A program made the translations under genes and the position numbers. From assembly GCF_006345805.1 (NCBI RefSeq), contig NC_043013.1, positions 56,668,001 to 56,732,000 of the forward strand: DNA of 64,000 nt, in the 5' to 3' direction. The notes under the pieces were generated by a model. The model made no database searches. It had not been told where the DNA came from and saw nothing but the letters and a program-made list of their open reading frames with translations. Source of the stretch: Octopus sinensis. Its lineage: Eukaryota. Shown in pieces: positions 26,600 through 40,330 of this stretch (its first letter is position 1; every line of letters starts with the position of its first letter).

Positions 26600-27263
26600 G
26601 ATTTGTATGTTTTATGTATGTATTCTCATACACATAGTTGCATATCTAGACATGCTCATATATGTACTTAAATGATAAACTTTTGGAAAGTTTTACAGAT
26701 TTTACAGTTCCAGTGATGGATGAGATCTGTACTCTTCAGATCAGCTTTCTCCTTTCTGGTTTTGAGAAGCCTAATTTCTCAAGATTCGTATTTAAGCAGT
26801 ATGTTACATATCTCAGAGTCCCAATAAATACAGGTATAAACCTGAACTTGTAATCTGGAAAGAGTAACTGCAGATTTCTCACTAGTTCAGCATATGTGTT
26901 CTCTTTTTCACTGATCTTCAGCTTCATGTTAACATCCACTAGGCAGCTGATTCCCACAGCTGTGCACAGTTTCTATTCTCGATCACGAATCATTATAGGA
27001 GGTCTGTTGTGCTTACATTTTATTAAGGTTTTCACTGGGACAGTCCACCAGTAATTCCTTTTTATTGTGAGTGACTATGGCTTCTACCATACTGTGAGTT
27101 CTTATCTCTTTGTCTCCAGGGTTGTCCTTTCGATGGATTTCATTATGCAGTGTCCTAGCTACAATTTCCTGTCTCATCAGTAGATAATACTGTGATGACA
27201 TTTTCAGACAACTGCTTATGACGTGCATGATATCTTTGGTGTTAACTCCACTGAGTCTGCATT
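26600..27263 (-). mobile_element. 5'-truncated R4/Dong-like REL LINE, decayed
   Basis: HVISSCLKMSSQYY, ISEKENTYAELVRNLQLLFPDYKFRFIPVFIGTL; (TATG)n on both flanks; same family as 2500-3233. Confidence 0.85.
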
Positions 27264-27479
27264 GGTATGTATGTATGCTTGCATTTTATTATATGTATTC
27301 ATGTATGATATACATGCATGCATATATGCACGTGTGTGTTGTGTGTACAAATGTGTATGTATATGAGATCTGATTAATAAGTATCAGGAGTTGCCATAGT
27401 AACGAAACTAAAGCATGCTGAGTAAAGCCGCTTGGCACAGATTGACCTTGAACTATGCTGTGTATGTGCACTAAGCTTT

Positions 27480-27690
27480 AACGTTCTAGCTCACTTCTGC
27501 TATGTATAGTAGTGCTTGGAAGGAAGGTGTGTAGTGTAAGATCGTCACATTTGACAATGACAGAGGAAGTTGAGCAGAGAATCTGGATTAGATTTTGCCA
27601 AAAGCTTGGCTCAAAGGCCTGCACAAAGTTTTCAAAAAGTTTCATCGTTCTCGATACAGTCAAGGAGATAAAGGTATGCAATGTTTGTGT
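27480..27690 (+). mobile_element. Mariner 5' fragment
   Basis: MTEEVEQRIWIRFCQKLG resembles a mariner transposase N-terminus. Confidence 0.55.
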
Positions 27691-27697
27691 GTGTGTG

Positions 27698-27914
27698 AAG
27701 GTGGTGAACTGGCAGAACTGTTAACATGCCGTGCGAAGTGCTTAGCAGTATTTTGTCTTTCTTTATATTCTGAGTTCAAATTCTGCTGAGGTCGACTTTG
27801 CCTTTCATACTTTTGGGGGTCAATAACTTAAGTACCAGTTGTGTACTTGGGTCAATCTAATCAACTAGCTCCCTCCCCAAAATTTTGGGCCTTGTGCCTA
27901 GAGTAAAAAAGAAA
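27698..27914 (+). mobile_element. SINE family B
   Basis: Aligns with 17705-17930. Confidence 0.85.
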
Positions 27915-27936
27915 TATGTCTGTGTGTATTTATATG

Positions 27937-27980
<44 letters not shown>

Positions 27981-28191
27981 CATATATATATGTATGTATG
28001 TATGTGCATTTATAGTTGTGCATGTGTGTTTGTACATATATATTTCCATAGCCATGTTCAAAATGTCATTTCTACGACTCTTTCTTCGTCTGAAACTTTC
28101 AATGAACAAAAGTCTAATTTATTCCCTGTGAACATTCAATTGACTTCTGTTGGTTTTCCTACTTTTCTTTGTTTATGGATTTGCATATATA

Positions 28192-28222
<31 letters not shown>

Positions 28223-28821
28223 CTGTCATCATCATTGTCGTCGTTTCACGTCAATGATGATGATGATATATATATATATATGTATATACATGTGTGTGCG
28301 AGTGTATATATACCTGTATGTATAGTTTGGAATTGCTTCTAAGGAGCAGGGCAGACCATGACCTATAGAAAGTATTGAATATTCCCTGCAACTCAGAGGA
28401 GTAATTAATTATTTTTGCTGAAAATGATGACTGATACAGGTGTACAATCTTTCCATATCATTCAAAGATTTTCATTTCATAAAACAAAACCTGTCTATGT
28501 CTTGTGAATAAAGACTTTTGCATGAGAGAAGGAAGAATAGAAATCTTATGGTAGGAGGGGCTGCTTTTGCGATGGTGTGAGGTATTGTCTTGTAAACAAT
28601 GGAGATTTTTTACTTGAATTTATGTCAATAAATTGTTTTTGTTTTGTGATGGTTCAGTGGTGTTTTTAATGCTTTACACACTGAGTTCATTTTAAATAAC
28701 AATGGATTGTGACATTTCTTTTTTGTTATGTATTTTTGATATAGTTATATTGTCATATTTTGTATGGAAATGGATTAAAAGTTCATTTTCTAAGTAGGGG
28801 AAGTATTTGATTTGGAATGTT

Positions 28822-29230
28822 TTAGGTGTGGCTGTGTGGTATGAAGTTTGCTTTCCAACCACATAATTCCAGGTTCAGTCCTGCTGCTTGGTCAATTGAG
28901 CAAGTGTCTTATACTAAAACCTTGGGCTATCCAAAGCCTTGTGAATGGATTTGGTAGAGGGGAAACTGAAAAAAATCCCATTGTATATTTATGTGTCTAC
29001 AAATATCTATGTGTGTTTATTTCTGTGTTTGTCCCCTATCATTACTTGGCAGCCAGTGTTGGTTTGTTTACATCCCCATAACTTAGTGGTTTGGCAAAAG
29101 AGTCCAACAGAATAAGCGGTAAACTTCAGAGATAAAAGTGCTGGAGTCAATTTTTTCCAACTAAAATTTCTTCAAGGTGGCGCTTCAGCATGGCCACAGT
29201 CTAATGACGGAAAACAAATAACAGCAAAAA
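28822..29230 (+). mobile_element. SINE family A, decayed
   Basis: Aligns with 9305-9710. Confidence 0.8.
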
Positions 29231-29386
29231 GATGTAGAGTTAGTTGAGAAAGATAATGGCTAATTTGGGATCCTCAATCCTCTGTAGAAGTGAATTTGGA
29301 TGTGGATTATACTGAAATTGATTGTGTTAAAGTAGGGAACTGCTGACCTCTTTAGACATGGTTTTAGGATAAGGTTCCTATTGAAA

Positions 29387-29597
29387 AAGGTGGTGAGCTG
29401 GCAGAAACGTTAGCATGCCGGGCAAAATGCTTAGCGGTATTTTGTATGTCTTTACGCTCTGAGTTCAAATTCCGCTGAGGTCGACCTTGCCTTTCATCCT
29501 CGATAAATTAAGTACCTGTTGCATACTAGGGTCGATCTAATTGACTGCCCCCCCCAGCAAAAAGTTTTGGGCCTTGTGCCTACAGTAGAATAGAATA
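29387..29597 (+). mobile_element. SINE family B
   Basis: Aligns with 17705-17930. Confidence 0.85.
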
Positions 29598-29599
29598 TT

Positions 29600-30600
29600 T
29601 TTATTGAGAGATAATTTTTTAATTTTATTAAAAACTAATTTTAAGAAGAATATTTAAATCAAATTGTAAGATAATTTTAAAATGTAAGAATTTATTTATG
29701 AGAAAATATTTTGATGAGGCAAGATAGAATATTTTCCCAAAATTTTCAAAATAAAAATCTTTTTAAGAATTTTTTAAAAATACATATGTAAAACTTTTTT
29801 TAAGAATATGTTTTTTAAAATTTTTAAGAAAACAAAATTTAAATTTAAAATTGTAATTCAGAAAGAAATTTGAAAACTATTAACAGATTCAACAGGTTTA
29901 CAATGATGGCACAAATAAAAACCAAGTAAAATAGGGTTTAGATTTGGATGTGTCATTTAATATTTAAACATTATTTCTAAAGAAATAGAAAGGACAGTGA
30001 AGAAAGTTATAGATTTATAAAATAACTAAAAAAATAGGTAAAAAAGCAAATACATGACAGAAATAGATATTTATAAAATTGGAAAGTAAAAAATATATAA
30101 AAAATATATAAAAAGGTATATAATAAAGGAAAAATATGAAATTATAAATATATGAAGAAATATGAAGATATTGTATCAAATGAAAAATAAAAATGAAATA
30201 AAAAAAGGCAAAAAGTAAGAGGTTAAAATATTAATAAGAAAGAAAGAAAAAAGAACTCATCAGAAATGAAATCGATGTAAATTGTTTAAAAATTTTGAAT
30301 GAATATTTCATAGAAATATGGACAAACACTTTCCAAATGTTTATTAAAAGTTTCTTGATGAATAGAATTTTGTAGGCCTCACCTCTGCACAAATTCAATG
30401 TTTTATCATTTCTCTTGTAAGGCTTTTTTTTTTACTATAAAGCATTTGGCAATTTAATTTTGTATTGTATATTGTTATTTTTCATTCACCATATAAATTG
30501 CAAGAGGTAATTTATTTCTACATTTTCTATCCCTAAATGTATCAGTACATTGGTTAGATTAAATTTGAAAAAGGTTTATATATACAGTTACTATAAAAGC
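29600..30600. other. Very AT-rich, A-biased non-microsatellite island, probably a decayed retroelement ORF
   Basis: 6 G+C in the 60 nt from 29761; no recognisable motif. Confidence 0.35.
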
Positions 30601-31037
30601 TACTAAAGTTTTCGGTCCTCAGTTCACATTGGTAATGTCCTTTTCAAGATGTTCAGATTCAAAATGGGCAGCTGTTATGAATATTGAAATTGTTCTGATT
30701 ATTTCAGTTTGATTTTTATTTGTTGCTTTATCTATGTTGTAACAGGAAGGTATATTTATAACTTAAGGGCTCGTGGAATATGATAACTGCATAGTGATTT
30801 TATTAAAGGTCTTTGTGCATTTGTAGATTGGTTTGTTTATTCAAAGCTTTAAAAAAAGCCTGACTATTAACACAGCTACATCAAATACAGGATTGTATCA
30901 CACTAATTTATGATTTCTGTCTCTAATATTTTTAGCTGATCTGAGGTTTTCTTCAACGCAGCTGCTTGTTATTATGACCATTAATAATGTGTGCGTGTTC
31001 ATGTATGTAAAACTACACCCCCATATACATACATACA

Positions 31038-31071
<34 letters not shown>

Positions 31072-31142
31072 CATACATATATATATATATATATATAAAT
31101 AGCAATTTCTGTCTTTCTGTCTGTTACCATCTTGCTGCATAC

Positions 31143-31243
31143 ACCAGAGAACCAATCTTCTCAAAACTTAGCATACATGTTAAACTAGCATGTACCAGAG
31201 AACCAATCTTCTCAAAACTTAGCATACATGTTAAACTAGCATG
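31143..31243. repeat. 51-bp tandem duplication
   Basis: ACCAGAGAACCAATCTTCTCAAAACTTAGCATACATGTTAAACTAGCATG at 31143 and 31194. Confidence 0.9.
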
Positions 31244-32185
31244 CAGTTCAATAAAAATCTATAATGGGACACCTAGTGCGGTTGGACTATTAAAGGATAA
31301 AATGAAAAGGATACAAGAGTGTTAGTTTGAGGGAAATGTGGTGCCATAATAAATGTGACTTATTATCAGGGAAGAGGAGAGCAGCACTATGTAAGCGACA
31401 GACATGGAGGGACAGTGGGATGATAATGTTAATACAGTTGTCATATACACATGATGACGAATACAAACAAAGGTGTAGGTGGATTTTCTGCTGTCCATTG
31501 CAAAGAAACACTCACACACAGACACACCCACATGCATACATATATACATATGTCTACTATACATGATTTTAAACTTGTGATTACCTGTGTGTATGTTTGT
31601 AAATGTGTGTGTGTATGTGTGTGTTTGTGTATGTGTGACATCCTATAACTGTCTGTCTCTCAATGTTTGTAGTGTCTTCCCTGTCGCTGTTACATATTGT
31701 GAAATTCTAAAATTAGGTCGAAATTTCCAAATTTGGTATATTGAAATATTTTTCCATACTAAATCCGATTTTGTTATTTATTTGTTCCAGAAAAATTGCA
31801 GTATAATGTTACTGAGGTTTAAAGTTTAATCAATTTTACCGAATCTGTAAACAGGACTTGGAAGCTGACATTTTCTGCATGATAGCTGTCTATCACAAAA
31901 TGAAAGCAAAATCATTATGAGGAGGAATGTTTTTAAAGAAATGAAAGCAAAGCATGACAATAACTAAAGCTGTAAGAAATTCTGAAGTTTTAATAAGTTT
32001 TAATGAATAAAGTCATGCGAAGTGGTCGAACAGACATGGAAATAATTTAAAAATGAATAATCCTCAATGAAGTTTTTGCGAAAAATTTGCACAAATCTGT
32101 TCTGGTGAAGAGGCCTATTTGTCAGGGATTTATACAAGACATTCTATTGTAAAAATTGCCCGGCAACAAAGGGCTATCCAGGTAG

Positions 32186-32260
<75 letters not shown>

Positions 32261-33545
32261 TAAGGCTGATCAGGGGTTCTAAACACAAATTATGTTTCAA
32301 AGTGACACTCAACTCTGAACATTATAAAACATTGAGAGACATTTCATTTTTGGAAATCAGTTGTTGTTGTCATTGTTGTTGTTGCTACTATTGTCCAACA
32401 CCCAGTTCAGCTCTGTTAGAAGAGAGAAAGACCCAGGATTAAAAAACAACCAAGCAATGACCATACTTTCTTTTTTTCTTGAATGGCCGCATTATCCAGC
32501 AGAACTTCTCATTAGAGTGTTGTGTGTGACTGGAAGAAGATTTGGCTGCACAGCAGCTTCAACCCCCCATATAGAAGCTCAGTTATTGACCTCCCTGGGT
32601 CGATATAATCTGATATATACTTCTACCCATGAAGTTGTGTATTTATAGTTACAGTTGTAAATGTTCAAGTTGAATTGAGTTAGTATCACTACAGGATTAC
32701 TTGATGAAATTATTTCTATTTCCTGCTATAATAATATTTTTTGCCTAAAAAATTTTAATTCACATTCTTTCAGTCTGCAGAGAATTTCTCCATGTATTTC
32801 ATGGTTTTGTTTTCAATCTTAATACTGGAACATTTTTTCACTTCCGAGTAAACATTCGTCCTGGAATTAAAATATGTTCAAAATTGTTATGATATGTAAA
32901 TTTCCTTTGGGTATTTTTGTGCATTATAGTGGCCCATATTTTACATAAATAATGCTGCATAGGTCCTATAGTATGGGAAATGAAACAAAAGAAATTTCAG
33001 AAAATCCAATAATTTAGACAAAAATAAAATAAAATATAAAAAAAATGATGCTATAATTTAAAGACCAATATGACAGAAAGTAGCGAAATTTACTTTTAAG
33101 ACTGAAATGGTGGGGATGCTATAATATGCAACTGCCTTCTTTTGATTTTTAGGGTTTGTTTTTACTCTTCAATCTAGTTTATTGTGTGTTATTGCAGAAA
33201 AAAAGCAATATTCCATTTAGTTTATGAAATATTGTCATTTCTGAAATCCCTTCAACATTTCAATGGCAACTGAATCTTTTCTTCATTTTTAACTTTCTCC
33301 ATGCTGATCGTAGAACTCTATGTAATGTTTTATTTATGTGTATATATATATATGTATATATATATATAATATGTTATTATTAAGTTTGCAAATGGAGAGA
33401 TTCAATGGATATCAATGTATTAATTAATTATTCTCATTGCCTATTATTGTGTCATTTCACATCCCACTTAAATTACAAAACACACACATATGTGTTTGGG
33501 AGTGTGTGTGCATACTTATATACAAGGATACATACATACACACAC

Positions 33546-33584
<39 letters not shown>

Positions 33585-33607
33585 TTGAGAAAGAGAGAGA
33601 GAGAAAC

Positions 33608-33685
<78 letters not shown>

Positions 33686-35149
33686 AATGGATGACCTCCA
33701 TACTGGATACTATGATGTTACCAAAACACCAACAAAGTGTTTGTGTGGTACAAATGGAAGTAAATAATGGCAGCTGATGAAGCAGTTTATTTACAGTTTA
33801 TTTATTCTATGGCAGAAGTTGGCAGGATTGTTTTGTGTAATGGTTATCACATCTGAACAATATTTTGCAGATATTTGGTTTGGTTCCTGCAGGCAATTCT
33901 GTTTACCATTTTCTTGTTGTACCATACTTGGGAGGGAACTTAAATCACAACCTTTGTATTACACACACACACACATACATGCATACTTTTTCACATGTAC
34001 AGTTTCTGTTTTGCCAATTTCGTTGGCAAAGCATTTAAAACATCGTGGCTTACTGTGATTGAACCTGGAGACCCAATAATTACAAACCCAACTTGTTGAC
34101 CACACAACCACAGTTCTACCTTTGTCCCTAAAATTACGAATTCACAATCATGCAATGCCAAGTTGCTTTTGATATACTTCTGTAATGATCTTGTAACATT
34201 GGCATTGATGTCAGCGCCAACTTTGTGTTGATGTTGGAACCATCTCCTGTTGTGTTTTTTTACTTCAGTCACACCTGAGCTCTTCCAAAGCCAAAATTCT
34301 TTCCTTTAGCTTCACAGTGTTTCTTCATAGTAGGAATGAAGGAATGTTGAGAATTTGAGAAAAATCTAGAAATTAATAATTTAATGCAGATCGCAAAGGA
34401 ATAGAAATTAATACATAATAACAATGAAGTTTTTGCTATGTTTGGGGATGGTCATTTTTTTTTTTTGTCAAATGATCACATGCACCATTAACTTATTCAT
34501 CCCTTCAACTTTATTATTGTTCTGATCTTTGTGTCTTTTGGCTGAAATCTTTCAACTACTGAGAACAGACCAAACAGAACAGCAAGGGACACGTGATGGA
34601 GAGTCACTGAAGAGGTCAAAAGACATGTGATGAATGATTTCAGACAAAGGACACTAAAATAATAATAATAATAATAATATAATAATAATAATAAAGTTGA
34701 AGTGAAGAAAGAGGTACATAGTGCATATGATTATTTGACAAAATAAATAAATAAAACGACCAGCCCCAAATGTAAGAAAATCTGTTTGAACCCACGATTT
34801 CACTCACACCAGGAATCTTTCAAAACAAATTCATAAATGTAATAATGTTATTGATACAGTTTCTGATCTAGAAACTGGGCTGTTGCTGGTATTATGGTAG
34901 GTCAAAGACAGACATTGATGGCATAACATCACCGTTGCTACACATCCAGAACAACTGTGATAAAGAAGAACCAAGTTGTTGAGAAGTTTACCTCACAACC
35001 ATCTGGCGTCATAGTTTGACTGTGCTGTGTGGTATCTTGGGCAAACGGCTTCTACCTTCTACTATAAATTTATGGGGGGAGTGAATGGAACACAGAAACT
35101 CTAAGAAAGTCCATTATACATACAGACACACACACACACGCACATATAC

Positions 35150-35237
35150 GCGGCTGAAGAAGGCCATAGACACACATTTACATCAATTATGCATTGTTAT
35201 AAAACCGTCTAATAAAGGCTCGAAACATATGTACCGC
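35150..35237 (+). ncRNA. Type I hammerhead ribozyme motif, intact core
   Basis: GCGG-CTGAAGA-A-GGCC-ATAGAC..GTCTA..GGCT-C-GAAA-CATATG-TA-CCGC. Confidence 0.8.
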
Positions 35238-35267
35238 TAAATCCTTTGAATCATGTTTTTATTTTGA

Positions 35268-35303
<36 letters not shown>

Positions 35304-35542
35304 AATTTTCATCGACATCATCATCATCATTTAAAGTCCACTTTCCCTGCTGGCATTGATTAAATAGTTAGACTGAAACTGGTAAGCCAAAGAGATGCCC
35401 TTGCGTCCCAGCCTGATTTTGCACTGTATCTATGGCTGGATGCCAAACACTCTGTGAGTGTAATGGATGTATTTTGCATGCCACTGGTACAGGGGCCATT
35501 TACATGACACTGGCAGCAGCCATATATGTATGTATGTATGTA

Positions 35543-35924
35543 TGGAGGCGCAATGGTCCAGTGGTTAGCATAGCAACCTCATGGTCATAGGATTGTGGTT
35601 TCAATTCCCAGACCAGGCATTGTGAGTGTTTATTAAGCAAAAACACCTAAAACTCCACGAGGCTCTGGTAGGGGGTTGGGTGGCAAACCCTACTGTACTC
35701 TTTCATCACAACTTTTTTCTCACTCTTTCTTCCTGTTTCTGTCGTACCTTTATTTCAAAAGGTCTGCCTTATCACACCCTGTGTCACAGTGAATCTCCCC
35801 AAGAACTACGTTGAGGGTACACATGTCTGTAGTGTGTTCAGCCACTTAGACATTAATTTCACAAGCAAGCTGTTCTGTTGATCGGATTAACTGGAACCCT
35901 TGTCATTGTAAATGACAGATTGCC

Positions 35925-35927
<3 letters not shown>
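35543..35927 (+). mobile_element. SINE family C, full length
   Basis: GGAGGCGCAATGGTCCAGTGGTTAG A-box, GGTTTCAATTCC B-box, shared 3' body. Confidence 0.85.
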
Positions 35928-35965
<38 letters not shown>

Positions 35966-35976
<11 letters not shown>

Positions 35977-36241
35977 GTAAAGAGTGAAAAAACGACAGAA
36001 GGCTTAAATGTTAAAAAATATATATATTTGCGTCAATATGTCTGAAGAATATTAGAAAATTAAAAAAAAAATTTTTTTTCCCTTTATAATGACATAATTT
36101 TTAAAAATTATGTCATTATAAAGGGAAAAAAAAATTTTTTTTTAATTTTCTAATATTCTTCAGACATATTGACGCAAATATATATATTTTTTAACATTTA
36201 AGCCTTCTGTCGTTTTTTCACTCTTTACTATTTTTTATATA
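35966..36241. repeat. Near-perfect spacerless palindrome (~137-bp arms)
   Basis: Centre at 36102/36103 (ATAATTTTT|AAAAATTAT); arms differ only in homopolymer lengths. Confidence 0.92.
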
Positions 36242-36275
36242 TTCCCCCACGTGCTTTCACAAACCAACTTTCTTA

Positions 36276-36312
<37 letters not shown>

Positions 36313-36600
36313 AAGGTGATGGGACCCAGAGATTCTCAATATGGAAATCCATTGCACTCAAAAGAGTTGAACTTCCATTCCAAAACCTTTTCTGAGGACC
36401 AAGTCCACAGGGTAAAGAGTGGCAGTAAGTGGAATCCAGGTGAGCAGATATGGAGGCAGTGATGCAAATAAGCGAATAAAACTGCTTGGGTTTGATATAT
36501 GAAATATATAGACATGTATACAAGCAAATAAAGAGAAAGCAAAGAGTGAAGGTTTTAAGACAGTGAATATTCAAGTATAAATATATAGATAGTTATATAT

Positions 36601-36806
36601 TCTTTTCTGTTCTTGGCACAAGGCTTGAAATTTTTGGGAAGTAAGGCCAGTCGATTAGATCAAACCCAGTATGCAACTGGTACTTAATTTATCAACCCTG
36701 AAAGGATGAAAGGCAAAATCAACCTTGGTGGAATCTGATCTCAGAACGTAAAGACAGATGAGGTATTTCACCCGGCATGCTAACATTTCTGCCAGCATGC
36801 TGCCTT
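36601..36806 (-). mobile_element. SINE family B
   Basis: Reverse complement aligns with 17705. Confidence 0.8.
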
Positions 36807-38056
36807 ATAAATATTTATATATTAAGACATAAATGTCTAACTTATGTCTCTTCCCTGAAGCTGGAGGCCAGCTATATCTGATGTTTGCTTGCTTTCCATT
36901 AATGGTTGTATATTCCTGCGAACTTCATCTACAAAAACATTAAGAAGTAACTCCAAGTCTCCAGAAACAGCTGTCAGACTTGTAACCCCATACCATTTCC
37001 CCTTTAATTTCCTCTGCCTTTTGTACTCTGTGTAAGTTTACTTTCTTAGTTTATAAAGATCTATATACTCATGTTTGAATATTCATCGTTGCTTTCTCTC
37101 TTTTTACATTTATACATTTAAATATATTTTGTGTATCAAATCCAAGCAGTTTTATTTGTTTACATATGCACATAGATATATATATATATATACAGATCAT
37201 ATGCATATACATACATACACACACACACACGTACAATAAGTCCTTGCCGTATTGTAGTTCACCTCTCATGGTTTATTATTTAAGTTTACATCGATTCCTC
37301 TTTGGTGTTGTTTTGCATTTATAACAGAATAACTATATACAAATTATAAAAATATTAAAAAACATATACACTAGAGTACTGTTTCTACTTTGCTGATTTT
37401 CACCTTTTGTGATGTGTGTGGGGGGGGGGATTGGAACATAACACCTGCGACAGTTGAGGAATTACTATATACTTATATATATATGTGTTTGTATATACAC
37501 ACACATCTATTCACAGGCATATAAATATATACAGTATACTAAATTTCCTACTTAGGTAAAGTCAAATATTTGGAGTAGGCAAATGGCTATCTTTGGTAAA
37601 AGAGTCATTTTTTGAAATCTCAGAATAGAGTGTGACGTAATTGTTAAGAATATTTCAATCCGAAGCAAGAAACAAATGCTGCAAAATCAAACTCACAACA
37701 GAGAATTGACTAGATGTCGTCACAAGAGAATTTTCTATGTAGTCACGTGACTTGCAAGAAATAGCAGCTAAAACATTCTTAATTCACAGGCTATCATCTT
37801 AATACAATTATTCAAAATAGCTTTAAGGAAAAACCTGATGTTCTTGGCGGAAATGCTTTCGGCTAAACAACAACAACAACAGTATACATACATGGAAACT
37901 CACACATGGATATATGCTTATATATATACATACATACATGCATACATATATGTATACATATATGTATGCATGTATATAATATATATATAAACATGCATAC
38001 ATATACATTTATATGCATATGTACATACATACATACATACATACATGCATACATAC

Positions 38057-38113
<57 letters not shown>

Positions 38114-39241
38114 CACAGATAGATAGATATAATGAGAGAGAGAGAGAGAGAGAGAGATAATAGGTAAGTGGAAGATGATCAGAGAAAGGCTCGATCAAAA
38201 GTGGGTGTAAAACAGAAAACACATGCGGGGAGTGTATCGATATAATTCCTGGAATTCTAAAACAGTTTCCAATAAATCAATTGAATGTTACTGTAGAATT
38301 CATTGTCACAATCCGTGAGTGAGAAGGTCAGAGTCTTTTGCCTGTATTCTTTAGTATGGCAATTCCTATTCAAAACCACAAAGATCCATACAGCTGCCAA
38401 CACCTAGTCTATTGGTTTATGTAGTGCTAAATAAATGTGAGAAACTCTCCCCTCCATGGTATATTTCCCAGAAAAAGCTTGGCACCTATTCACAAGCCAA
38501 GTTTGTTCTTTCCTATCGAGTTTCTGTAACTTTTGGTGTGGCAGTGATAAAACTGATTCCAACAGGGTTGTGATATTATTAACGCAGTCGTATTTCCATC
38601 ACATTTTTTTTTATGGCACAGTCTTTGAGGAAGATTTAAAGTCAGTTAAAATTGGCACAGAATATTGAAGAAGGAAGATGGTCATTGAATTTGCTAGAAA
38701 CAACAATCAAATCTTCTTCAAATCACACTCTACAAACTTGATTAATTTAAAATGCATTAAAAACACATAATCATATTCTTACAAGCCCTTACAAAAATGG
38801 GATGGTCAAGGTTAGAATGGCTTTGGTCATAGGCCTGCTTGATTAGGGATAACTTTGGTCATAGTCTTGCTTCTAAGCCTTGCAGTGATTGTTGATTAAG
38901 TCTGGGTGAAACCCTGATCAAGCAGACCTATTAGACAGAGCATTCCAGGCTGACAAAAATTAGATCTGATTATGGAGTCTTAGATGCATAAGGAATTTAC
39001 GGATTGGACAGAAGTGTGGTGTGAAGTGCAGGAAGTTCACCTGTCAACAAATGATATGCAAAAGATGATTTGTTTGCTACTTGAAAAAGAGGTGAGAATT
39101 AGTTTTATAAAGGGCATTTGGATGTAAAAAATGCCTTAAATGGCATATTCATCTGACCCATACAAACATACAAAAAACAGAAGTAAAATTAGCGAATGAA
39201 TGGACAAATAATAGGAAGATTCTAATATATATATCTGGCAT

Positions 39242-39455
39242 AAGGGGGTGAGCTGGCAGAATCATTAGCATACTAGGCAACATGCTTAGCAGTATTGAGT
39301 CCTTCATTAGGTTCTGAATTCAAATTCCACTGGGGTTGACTTTGCCTTTCATCATTTCAGAGACAATAAAATAAATACCAGCTGAACTCTGGGAGGTCAA
39401 TGTATTCAACTCCTCCTTGAAATTGTTGGGTTTCTGTCAAAATTCGAAACCAATA
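39242..39455 (+). mobile_element. SINE family B, decayed
   Basis: GGTGAGCTGGCAGAATC..TTCAAATTCC..CTTTGCCTTTCATC. Confidence 0.75.
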
Positions 39456-39530
39456 TATATATTAGTTATGTGACATATACTTAAATGTATTATACTATAT
39501 GTGTGTGTATAGTACATATATAACATATAT

Positions 39531-39583
<53 letters not shown>

Positions 39584-39654
39584 TATATATATGTATATAT
39601 ATAATATTAGGGAGTAAATCCAAACTTACTATATATATATATAGTACATGGTAC

Positions 39655-39708
<54 letters not shown>

Positions 39709-39774
39709 AAAAAATGAAGTTTGAAAATGCTGCTATATTAGACAAATTTTTAATTTTTATATATACATTATTTA

Positions 39775-39817
39775 TTTAACATGTTTCAGTTCTTGAAATG
39801 ACGAACCTTATCAAAAA
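39775..39817 (-). ncRNA. Decayed minimal type I hammerhead motif
   Basis: Minus strand TTT-TTGATAA-GGTTC..GAACT-GAAA-CATG-TT-AAA; departures from consensus are C->T/G->A. Confidence 0.6.
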
Positions 39818-40108
39818 AAAATTATATATAAAAAAGATAGTTGATGCTATCAAATATAAAAAATTCACATATAATAAAAAATTCATATATAGTGAAGCGA
39901 GTCCATGCTATATGTTTAAAGAGTATGATGTAGTAGTTCATAGTGGTGATATGCATTCAATATAAAAAATTCATGTTCTTGAAAAAGCGAGGAATTCATT
40001 TTAGGTTTTACCTTGTGTTCCAATGGGAGCAACTGTGATGACTTTTGGTTGGTGTCTGTTCGAATAGTTCTGGTGAATCTTGTGGATTGTTTGGGTTTTA
40101 TATCACCT

Positions 40109-40330
40109 ATTAGGTGGCTAGTCCAGCAGAACGAGACGTCATCAAAGTTTTGACCAATCGTCTCGTTAGGTGGCTAGTCCAGCAGAACGGGACGTCATCA
40201 ATGTTTTGACCAATCAGGATCGGGTCTGACCTATAGCTGTATTAGATCTGACCCATGTCTGTATCCTGTTAGGTGGCTAGTCCAGCGGAACGAGACGTCA
40301 TCACTGTTTTGACCAATCAGAATCGGGTCT
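40109..40330. repeat. Three ~50-bp modules carrying GACGTCA and CCAAT
   Basis: TAGGTGGCTAGTCCAGC(A/G)GAACG(A/G)GACGTCATCA..TTTTGACCAATC at about 40110, 40166 and 40269. Confidence 0.85.

Noticed and set aside
33991-34340. Minus-strand ORF with a good donor (ACA|GTAAGC) as an exon
   Set aside because: No acceptor gives a stop-free frame and the peptide is unrecognisable.
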